From the human T2T-CHM13v2.0 reference genome, Homo sapiens, in assembly GCF_009914755.1 (NCBI RefSeq), contig NC_060926.1: 64,000 bases of DNA. The stretch is one strand, 5' to 3'. The notes under the pieces are model-generated. The model saw only the letters and a list, made by a program, of their open reading frames with translations, searched no databases and had not been told where the DNA came from. Positions within the stretch are counted from its first letter, which is position 1, and every line of letters begins with the position of its first letter. Made by a program: the position numbers and the translations under genes. Shown one piece after another: positions 39,045 through 48,996 of the stretch.

Positions 39045-39774
39045 AATTTTTTTAGAGAAAAGCAGGAGAAAATCTTCACCAATTAGCAGAAGCAAAAATT
39101 AACTACGTAGGATGCAAAAAACATGAACCATAAAAAATTAATAAGTTATCAAAATCAAAACCTTAGCTCTTTGAAAGAAACTATTAAGAAAATGAAAAGA
39201 TAAGTGATAGACTAGAAAAAAATTTACAACACATAAACTTGATAAGGAAAGCATATACATTTTTTAGTTTAAAAGTTCAATAATTAGAAGACAATTTTTT
39301 AAATGGTGAACATTTTTGAACAGATACTTCTAAAAAAGAAATTTATAAATGGCCAATAAGCACATAGAAATGCTCAATATCATTAATCATCAAGGAAATA
39401 CATTTAAAATACTTTGAGATATCGCTACACAATCACTAGAATAATTAAATACTGACAACATCAAGTGTTGGTGAGGATTTGTAGCAACTGGAATTCTCAT
39501 ACATTTCTGATAGGATTGTTAAATTGTACAACCATTTGTTGTACAATTTATAGAAAGCAGTTTGACAGTTTTTTATATAGTTAAAACACACCTATCATAA
39601 AACAATTCCATGAATTTGCCCAAGAGAAATGAAAACATATGTCCATACAAAGACTTTCACTAAAATGCTCATGTAAGCTCTATTAATGATATCCCCAAAC
39701 TGAAAAAAACCCAGACAGTCATCAAGAGTTGAACTGATGACTAAATTATGGTGTATCTTCCAAGGGAATACTAC

Positions 39775-40202
39775 TGTTTGTATTACACATTTTAAAACTT
39801 TGTATTTTCTTGCTGCCTCGACATCTCCACAAACAAGCTGTGAGCAGCGCCCCTCCCAGGTAACCAGGTGTACAAGTGTGATGAGGTCAGAGCCTCATCA
39901 AGTTCTCTGACTTGCCTTCCCCTGACTGACATCTGGTAATATTTAAAGTCACCAGTCAAATCCCCTCACACATTTTGCTGGTGTGCTCCACCCTGACCTC
40001 CAATAGAGGCATTTGCCCATGGATGCCTATTCTCTCTCCACTCCCTATCTGCTGACTTGAGCCTGCTCCTTTGCTGCTCCCTCTCATGTGGCCCCTACTT
40101 GACATGCAGTGACTCTCCCTCTAGGACCTGTGAGTATAAGAATTTTTTTCCCTGTGCCCCTCTTCTGGACACTCGACTATCACCTAAAGAAAGCCCCAAA
40201 AC
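39775..40202 (+). mobile_element. ERVL solo LTR of the MER54/MER73/MER74 group
   Basis: TGTTTGTATTACAC...TTTGTATTTTCTTGCTGCCTCGACATCT...AGGACCTGTGAGTATAA; interrupts the L1 at GAATACTAC|TTCATCAAC. Confidence 0.55.
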
Positions 40203-40945
40203 GTTCATCAACGAAAAGGATCAAACTACTGAAATATACGTAACATCATGAATGTGTCTCAAAAATAATCCTTAAGAAAAAAGCTGGACTCAAAGATTTC
40301 GCATACTGTTTGATCTCATCATATGACATTTTAGAAGTGGCATGATTAAAAAGACTGGTGGTTGCTTGGAGCTAGGGGTGAGGGATATTGCCTGCAGAGA
40401 GGCATAAGAGAATCTTGTGGGGTGGTGGAAATATTCTATATAGTGTTTATATTTGGGATTGCATATTGTATACATTTGACAAAAATCAAACTCTACATTT
40501 ATATGCATTTGTTTTATTTCTATATAAATTATACCTCAATCAATTTGATCTTTAAAAATATTAATATGTACCTGGCTTGAATTCCCAAAGTCCTTTCTTC
40601 ACTGGTCCTAGTCTTCAGTCACCCTTTTTCTGTTTCTTAGTCATGTCATAATAGTCTCCCACAAAATTAAAAACTTTTCCATTTTTAAAATTTTGGTTTA
40701 TTTGCTTCTTCAGTTATTGACCACTCTTCAGTCTTTCAGTTCACAGATATTATTCTGGCTTGCCTTTAAAAGCCTCATTTTGGAAAGTCAACTATAGTGG
40801 CCAAACGGCTTCAGTTTAAATTCTGAGATATTAGATTTTGATGAAAATAGAGACTCAAGTATCAAAGATGTGGTTTGGAAGAATTCATTTTAAAAGTTCA
40901 TGCAGCATTTGTATTATGTGATTTATGGAAAGCAGTTTGGTTTTC

Positions 40946-41100
40946 GCATTGCTTCAAATTTTTAGTGCACATCAGAATCACTTGGAGAACATGTTACAAT
41001 GATGTATGTCTGAAGAAGGGTCTGGGATCTTAGTTTTAAGAAGCTTCCCAGGTGATTTGGATGCAGGTAGTTTTCTGACCATACTTTAAGAGCCCAGCTT
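40946..41100. mobile_element. MER5-type hAT-Charlie remnant
   Basis: GTGCACATCAGAATCACTTGGAG...AAGCTTCCCAGGTGATTTGGATGCAG...CCATACTTTAAG. Confidence 0.7.
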
Positions 41101-41184
41101 TGCTGTAAAGAAGTTATCTTGGCCTGCTATGGGGTAGAGAGTGCATGTGTGTGTGATGGCCATGAAGGGTAGAGAGTATTGTAC

Positions 41185-41320
41185 TCATGGAATTCATATC
41201 CCAGATCAGCCATTTTCAATTGGTGATACATTGGGAAATCACTTAAGCTCTTTGAACTTCACTTTCCTTATTTATGAGAATTATACCTATTCCTGAGGTT
41301 TGTTGTTCTAAAGGTATGAT
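41185..41320 (+). mobile_element. MIR fragment
   Basis: TTCATATCCCAGATCAGCCA...TTGGGAAATCACTTAAGCTCTTTGAACTTCACTTTCCTTATTTAT. Confidence 0.65.
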
Positions 41321-41328
41321 GTTAGACA

Positions 41329-41648
41329 CATTGACAAATTAGGACGCTTGGCTTAAAAAAAAATGCTCAAAATATTTTTAAAAAGAGTAAATATCTCCAG
41401 TGAGCTTGTGTCTCATGGCCCTCTGACTTTGTGTAATTTGGACACTGTCATTAAGTTACCAGAATTGCAGAGCTCCTGTGCTGGGAGTGCATACAGATCA
41501 GCATCCACATCTCTATTTCTCTCCAATACACCAGGGCATCTTTCGTTAACTACCAATCCTATCACACTAGTAATGAACAACCTAACCTTGAATACTCCTC
41601 TCAATACTGAACCCCCACCTACATCCCTCCCTCTCGTACCCAGATCAT
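41329..41648 (+). repeat. Left arm of ~320-bp inverted duplication (partner 43013-43343)
   Basis: Reverse complement aligns end to end with 43013-43343; about 20 substitutions and 4 small indels by hand count. Confidence 0.97.
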
Positions 41649-41959
41649 GCATATAGTTCACATTAGATATTACTTATATCTAATTTCTGTGACATGCGTA
41701 TAGTTCACATTAGATATTACTTATCTCCATTCCTCGAGTTAAAGAAGGCATACACATTCTTCAGCTTTATTCAGATATTTCATGTGGTGATGATATCTAG
41801 GTTAAAAGTGTCTTATTTTTCTCTACTTAGTTAAAAGTTTCAAATTGTGAGAAAATGATCATATGAATAGTACATGTGGCCTGTTTTGCACTGAGAAACA
41901 TGTCACATTTCTGTGATATAAATGGTTAGGATTTAGGGGTATGGCATGACTATGAAAGA

Positions 41960-42095
41960 TTTTTCCTTTTTCTTTTTCTCCCCTCCTTTTCCCCTCCCTT
42001 TCTTTCCTGTCCCTTCCTTTTCCTCATTTTTCTTTCCTCCCTTCTGACTTCCCTCTCTCTTTCCCTCTCTCCTTCCTTCCTCTGTTTCTTCCTAC
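41960..42095. repeat. Polypyrimidine (CT-rich) low-complexity tract
   Basis: TTTTCCTTTTTCTTTTTCTCCCCTCCTTTTCCCCTCCC...CCTTCCTTCC. Confidence 0.85.
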
Positions 42096-42619
42096 CTATT
42101 AACAGGTCTAGATAAAGATTTAAACTGATTTAAACAAGGAAGATTTCAGCAAGGAAACCTCCTCGTTTCCAAGTTCTTTAGCATAAGAATGATGATGATT
42201 GAAAGATAGTGCCACTTTTGTATTTTTGCTGGCATAACACCACCAGCTAAGGATCATCCCCTAGGTATGGGTCAAGCCCCCAAAACAAATCATATAAATT
42301 GTTTTATCTTTACTTCATAGTTAGGTATATTGAAACCCACTAAAGTGATTCTTCACTGCCATAAAATGAGTTTATAGTAGAGTTACAAATTCATTTTAAA
42401 TCCCCCAATTTGGACTTTCCTTTAGCCTCCAAACACTTTTTTTAAAGTATAGGGCAGAATATTGTTGCCATTACTGAACTCAGATTTCATTTCAGTCACC
42501 TTCAGGTGCTTGTTTATTTTCTATTTATTATTATTTGCTTTTGATTCAGGTTCATTTCTCACTATCCAGCAATCCACACAATGCTATGGCAGTCAGGTTT
42601 ATCTCTCATCAGTCACTCT

Positions 42620-42785
42620 GCACATATCTTTTCTTGCCCCCTTCTTGCTTTGAGTCATGCAGTTTCTCCAACATGGGACAATCTTTTTGCCAGTTTAAAT
42701 TCTTCCCATTACTCAAGACCCTATTCAATCTCCACATTTCCTCTAGGAAACTTTCTTCAATTACTCTAACCCTCTCTGAACTCCT
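42620..42785 (+). mobile_element. L2 fragment
   Basis: CATGCAGTTTCTCCAACATGGGA...ATTCTTCCCATTACTCAAGACCC...CATTTCCTCTAGGAAACTTTC. Confidence 0.55.
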
Positions 42786-42829
42786 GCTGTATTTATAGAC
42801 AGGTCACAGTGCAGTGATCTAATTACACA

Positions 42830-42970
42830 CAGAATGTCAGAGCTGGAAGGGACCTCAGAAATCATCCAGCCCAATGCCCCTGTTCATAGGCGAGGAAACA
42901 GAGTGCAGGAGGCAAATTTTGAGAGAGTGGAAGCACACACTCCTAGAGAGTGGGTAAGAACAAGATCTGG
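42830..42970 (-). mobile_element. MIR (MIRc/MIR3-like) fragment
   Basis: AGAATGTCAGAGCTGGAAGGGACCTCAGAAATCATCCAGCCCAA...GAGGAAACAGAG. Confidence 0.75.
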
Positions 42971-43012
42971 ATGTGACACTGATAGCGTATGTGACTAGTA
43001 ATGTGACTAGTA

Positions 43013-43343
43013 ATGATCTGGGTACAAGAGGGAGGGATGTAGGTGGGGTTCAGTATTGAGAGGAGTATTCAAGGTTAGGCTGTTGGGCTGTTGATTACTA
43101 ATGTAATGGGATTGGTAGTTAACGAAAGATGCACTGGTGTATTGGAAAGAAATACAGAGATGTGGATGCTGATCTGTATGCGCTCCCAGCACAGGAGCTC
43201 TGCAATGCTGGTACCTTAATGACAGTGTCCAAATTACACAAAGTCATAGGGCCATGAGATCCAAGCTCATTGGAGATATTTACTCTTTTTAAAAACATTT
43301 TGAGCAGTTTTTTTTAAAAGGCAAGGGTCCTAATTTGTCAATG
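43013..43343 (-). repeat. Right arm of inverted duplication (partner 41329-41648)
   Basis: ATGATCTGGGTAC...GTCCTAATTTGTCAATG is the reverse complement of the left arm, plus an ~8-bp GGCTGTTG duplication. Confidence 0.97.
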
Positions 43344-43434
43344 AGTTATTTATTAAAGGGTGAAGAGACGTAACCAAGTTTAAAAAGTTGTAGAAGTGAA
43401 ATTTCAAGTAGAAGAACAAAAATAAGAAAAAGCT

Positions 43435-43673
43435 AGCCTGGGCAATACAGTGAGACTCCATCTCTACAAAAAAACAAACAAACAAACAAACAAAAAACTA
43501 ATAAAAAAAAAAGCTATGGTTGGTGGTGCATGTTTGTAGTCCATTTTTTTTTTTCAGGAGGCTGAGGCAGGAGAATCGCTTGAGCACAGGAGTTTGGGGT
43601 TGCAGTGAGCTATGACTGGACCACTGCACTCCAGCATGGGTGACAGAATGATACCCTGTCTCCAAAAGAAAGA
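43435..43673 (+). mobile_element. 5'-truncated AluJ with (AAAC)n middle tract
   Basis: AGCCTGGGCAATACAGTGAGAC...GCAGTGAGCTATGA...CCCTGTCTC; TSD AAGAAAAAGCT. Confidence 0.85.
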
Positions 43674-43934
43674 AAGAAAAAGCTGTGAAATTATGGAGTG
43701 TAAAGGAAGATGGTGAGGCTAGCTCAAACTAGCAGAGAATTCCAATAGCATGGTGTTAAGGAGAATGACAGTGGACATAAAATGTATTTCTAGGTCAAAT
43801 AAAAATCTTTTGAATGAGATTTAGAAGAGTGACTAAGACAAAAATTCATGTTACTCTGTGTGAACTATGTGTTATATAAGGACATTGTTGGTCGAGTAAA
43901 AATGAAGCAATACATGACTCTCTGGACCCGAACT

Positions 43935-44901
43935 GAACCCCTTTCCTTTTGGTTTTCATGACATCACTTTCCTCCCACCTCTTTGGTGTCACCTTCTCAG
44001 TCTCTTTCCTGAGTCTTCTTCCTGTATTAATTTTCTCTGTATAATTGTTTTTTCTAGCTCTACTATTTCTTGAAGTGACAGCATTCATTTCTATAACTTT
44101 TAAAATTGTTTGAATGCTAAAGATCAACTATTTTGTATTTTTACGCCTGGATTCACCTCAATAACATGTAAGTATATATACAGCTATCCCATTAATATAT
44201 CCAGTTGCATACGTTTATTGATTAGTAAGCCTTGATGTCCCTTTCCCTGAAACCTTGCCATGCCCTTATCATTTTAGTAATGGCATTACTATTTGACATA
44301 TTCAGAAACCTAAAATTTATCTTTGATACCTCCCAGTTCTTCATTCCTCATATTCAATGAATCAGCAATCTTGTCCCTATCTAAAGTATATCTTTAAGTT
44401 GCAGCCTCTCTGTTGTGTCTGGTGCCCACCTAATCAAATTCCCTCTCCTCTTTCTTCTTGGATAGCTTCATACTGGTGTTGCTGCATCCACTGTGGCCCC
44501 TCTGTAATGCCTTCTGCATGACACTGCCAGAGTGATCTTATATAACCTTAACTATATGACCTCACAGCCCTGCTTAAAGACCTTTGAGAGCTCTCCTTAG
44601 CACAAAAGATAAAATCCATATTCACTGCTATAGCCGACACGGCCACTGTGATCTGGCCTGTTGTGGCTGTCCCCCATTGTCACTAAGCTCATTCCACACA
44701 AGGCTTTATTTCTGATTCTTGAACAATGCAGCTCTTTACTGTCTTAGGACATTGGAGCATGCTGTTTTCTCTATCTAGAGGGTTTGTCCTCTAGTGCTGC
44801 TCATGGCTGGCTTCTCACACTTCGAGTCTTGGTAAAGCATCATCTTTTGGAGAGGGTTTCCCTCAAAGCCCTTTTTAAAAGGTTGGTATTCTCCCTTCTT
44901 G

Positions 44902-44936
<35 letters not shown>

Positions 44937-45095
44937 TTCTCTGTCACATTACTCTGCTTCTCTCCTACTTACGCTAGTCTGCAATTATTTAAATTATGAT
45001 ATATGCTCTATGAGGGCAGAGGCTCATCTGCTTTGTTTACAAGACGTAAAACAGATCCCAACACAAAGGAACTGCCCAATAAATACTTAAGGAGT
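43935..45095 (+). mobile_element. L2 LINE 3' portion
   Basis: GGTTTTCATGACATCAC...CCTCATATTCAATGAATCAGCAA...CTGCCAGAGTGATCTT...CCCTGCTTAAAGACCTT...CTCTATGAGGGCAG...CAATAAATAC. Confidence 0.75.
44905..44934. repeat. (AC)15 microsatellite
   Basis: Perfect AC run. Confidence 0.95.
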
Positions 45096-46079
45096 TAGGA
45101 AGACACAGAATTCCATTTCAGAAGGAATTATGCCAACAAAATGTCTTCAGATATAGAAATCAGAAGCTTTGGGCTCAAAATATAAAGCTAAAGATGAAAA
45201 CATCAGAAGTGACTTTGTGCTTGTTTTATTTACTTTTATATGAATTAAATAATTTTATGTTTAAAACATCAGGCAGAACATCTTTCAATTAATGCTAAAG
45301 CTGCAGCTAAGTGGAAGAACACTGAGGGAGGGAATGCTATTGCATGTATGCTAAGGCTTAAAAGAAGTGTTTCAAGATTTGTCTTGCAGAAGTCATTTAC
45401 CAAATGCTATACTGTGAAGTACTTTATAGGGAGGTTCCATAGGTTATCTAAAGAAACCCAAGTGACTGTGATTTTTTATTTACCCCTAGAACTCAAATCA
45501 AGCAGTCATAGCTCAAAAATTTCTGTGTATTTCTCTCCTATTACATCACCTTATTCTTATACTTTTGGATACTCCTTGTGATCATGTACCTGTGGCTTAG
45601 CTGGATACTGTAGAGACATATCCTGTGAAGATTAAGCCATGCTATGAGGACCAGCAATCGTTCTGGGAACAATAGTCTGTTTAGAGACCTATGTCCACTA
45701 GCAGGTCAGTACCTTCTGACACTTGGTGGGTGAGGAAATCTCTTTTCTCCCTATGAGTTGACTTTGGTGTGAGAAGGACCAAATAGTAGACCAGCCTTTG
45801 TACAGGCTTGATTTAGGGATGGTAGCAGTAAAGACACACTTTCCTTCAAATACTGTATGTCTAAACTGTTGATTATCTCTAGATGAAATACAATTCGATA
45901 TCTAGGCTATTTGTGTCTCCTTCCTCCCAGCAAGAACTCTTTAGTGGCTGCAAAACACCATACATGAAGTATTTGTTGAGCTGAATTAAATTTGTGTCTA
46001 TTTTGGCAAGCTGAATGTAACTGATATGGTGTGAGAGAAGCTTTCTTACAGAAGAAAAGTTTTAACTTTTTCCTTTATT

Positions 46080-46407
46080 TCTTTTTAAAACTTTTTTATT
46101 ATAGATAATACAAACTGTATACAAAATTGGGTATTATGATTTCAAGTGGTATTATGAATCTTACATGCCATCTCCCAAGATTAAATGATCAACTCATTCC
46201 CACTCCTGTTTGATCTATACTCTTTGAAACTTCTCTCCTCTTCACAAATCATTTTGAAGCAAATTTCAAACATTATTGTATTTCATCAGTAAAGATTTTA
46301 GTAGTATATCTTAGTGATAAAGCATTTATAAAAACTCACAGTACTGTTGACCCACCTAAGTAAAGGAACATTAATTCTTTAAATGTCATAAAATATTAGT
46401 TAATATG
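46080..46407 (-). mobile_element. L1MC5-like 3' end
   Basis: AAACTTTTTTATTATAGA...ATTTTGAAGCAAATTTCAAACAT...TTTCATCAGTAAAGATTTTAGTA...AATTCTTTAAATGTCAT. Confidence 0.6.
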
Positions 46408-46469
46408 GTTGGAAACAAAAGGAGATCCTATTCTTCAGTAGAGCCCATGGACATTTAGCAACAAGGATT

Positions 46470-46797
46470 AGTCTGGGCACAGTGGCTCATGTCTGTAATA
46501 CCAGCAGTTTTGGAGGCCAAGACGTGAGGATCTCTTGATCCCAGGAGTTTCAGACCAGCCTGAGCAACACAGTAAGCCCTCATCTCTACAGGAAATCAAA
46601 AAATTAGGCAGGCGTGGTGGTTTGCTCCTGTAGTCCCAGCTGCTGGGGAGGTTGAGCTGGATCAATTGAGCTTGGAAGGCTGAGGCTTCAGTGAGCCATG
46701 ACCATGATCATGCCATTGCACTCCAGCCTGTGTGACAGAATGAGACCCTGTCTCAAAAAAAAAAAAAAAAAAAAAGTAAAAGAAAGAAAGAAGAAAA
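46470..46797 (+). mobile_element. AluJ
   Basis: Forward Alu: GAGGATCTCTTGATCCCAGGAGTT...CTGAGCAACACAGTAAG...GAGACCCTGTCTC(A)n. Confidence 0.9.
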
Positions 46798-48307
46798 GAT
46801 TTCCTCTTCCATGACCTTTTAAAATTTATCTCTGTTTCAATAATAAATACTCATAATAACAAAAACTTGACCTTTTATTATATAGTTGTGACTTTTCCAT
46901 TTCATGGGTTAATGTTTATTCACTTTCCAACAGTGTGGAAAAATTTTAAACCCAGTTAGTTCCTGAAACCAGTGGTTGCCAATAACTACTGAGATGAATT
47001 TAGATAAAGTTAGAGGGAGTCACAAATTACTTGGGAAAGATGGAATGCATGGAAGAAAGGCACATACAAATTTATTTGTTGCCAGTATGTCAGTCAACTG
47101 GTTAAATGTCTTGAAGAAAAATTGTCAAAGAGAGAGAAAAACAGCTAAGAGTTTTGAATTGCTGCCAGAGGCCAAAGTGATAAAGATGATCTTCCAAATT
47201 ACCAACAGGAAAAAACATGCCCAAAGATATCATTACTTTGTTCATATCACCAAGAATCTAGAAAAGTGCTTGTCACAAAATGAATATTTAATAATGTTAT
47301 GAATAAATTGATACATTGAAAATATATTTAAAGGGGCAGAAATATGAGGGAAATCACAAGGCATTGACATTAAAGGCATGAGTCAGTAATGTCTTGAAAA
47401 CTGTCTTAAGAGGAGTAAGAATATTTTAAATGAACTTTTTTTTGACTATGCTAAATGCATAAAAATGTACATGAATAGATTTGTGTAAGCAACACTACAA
47501 TCAGGAAACAGAACAGTTACATCACCCTAGAAAAACCATCTCTCAAGGTATCCTTCTGTATTCACATCCTTCTACCATCCCTAACTTTAAGAACTAATAA
47601 TCTGTATTCAATAACTATGGTTTTATGCTTTTTAGAACCTTATTTAAGTGGAATCATACAGTGTATGGCTTTTCAAGACTGGCTTCTTATGCTCAGATCA
47701 ACTCATTTGAGATCCAAGTTGTGTGTCAATAGTTTGTTCCTTTTAGATACTGAGTAGTATGTCATTGTATGGATGTATCACAGTTTGTTTACACATATAT
47801 CTACTGACGGACATTTGGATTACATCTTGTTTTAAGCAATTATGTATAGAGTTCTTAATATGTCCTGGATACAAATTCTCTGACAGATGTGCAATTTGCA
47901 AATGTTTTCTATCAATTATTGTCTTATCTTTTCAGTTTCTTAACAGTGTCTTTTGCAGAGCTAAAGCTTATATTTCGGCAATGTCCAATTAACTTGTTTT
48001 TATTCTATGGATTATGCTCTTAGTGCTATATCTAATAATTTTTGCCTAAACTCAGGTGATGCGTATTTTCTCGTGTGTATTATTCTAAAAGTTTAATAGT
48101 TGACATTTTACATTTAGATCTGGGATTCATTTTTAATTAAATTGTGTACGAGGTATTAGATTTAGTTCAAAATACTTTTTTTGGCATATGAATGTTCAAT
48201 TATCTTATCAATCTTTATTGAGAAGATTAGGGGCTTTCTCCATTGAATTGCCTTTGATCTTGTCCAAAATAAACTGAAATTTTTATGTGCTTTTACTTCA
48301 GACTTTG

Positions 48308-48996
48308 TGTATTAGTTCATTTTCATACTGCTGTAAAGAACTGCCCAAGACTGGGTAATTTATGAAGGAAAGTGGTTTAATTGATTCACAGTTGAGTGTG
48401 GCTGGGAAGGCCTGAGGAAACTTACAATCATGGCAGAAGGTGAAGAAGAAACAAGGCATCTTTTTCACAAGGTGACAGGAAGGAGAAGTGCAGAGTGAAT
48501 GAGGAATAGCCCTTTATTAAAACCATCAGATCTTGGCTGGGTGTGGTGGCTCACGCCTGTAATCCCAGCACTTTGGGAGTCCGAGGCGGGCGGATTGCCT
48601 GAGGTCAGCAGTTCAAGACCAGTCTGGCCAACATGGTGAAACCCCGTCTCTACTAAAAATATAAAAAAGTAGCCGGGCATGTCGATGCGCCTGTAATCCC
48701 AGCTACTTGGGAGGCTGAGGCAGGAAAATTGCTTGAACTAGGGAGGTGGAAGTTGCAGTGAGCTATCGCACCACTCTAGTCCACCCTGGGCAACAGAGCG
48801 AGACTTCGTCTAAAAAAAAATAAAAATCAGATCTCATGAGAACTCACTCACTGTCACAAGAACAGAATGGGGGAAACTGTCCCCATAACTCAATTACCTC
48901 CACCTGGTCTCTCCCAAGACACGTGGTGATTATGGGGATTATGGGATTACAATTCAAGATGAACTTTTGGTGGGGACCCAAAGCCTAAGCATATCA
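48308..48996 (-). mobile_element. THE1D/MSTA-like solo LTR, interrupted by AluSx
   Basis: TGTATTAGTTCATTTTCATACTGCT...CTTACAATCATGGCAGAAGG...GGATTACAATTCAAGATGA...CATATCA. Confidence 0.88.
48535..48825 (+). mobile_element. AluSx
   Basis: Full-length forward Alu; TSD ATCAGATCT. Confidence 0.93.

Noticed and set aside
41329-43343. Inverted arms as terminal inverted repeats of a new DNA transposon
   Set aside because: No TSD at the outer ends, no transposase, and the spacer is ordinary DNA with old L2/MIR remnants; a local rearrangement explains it better.
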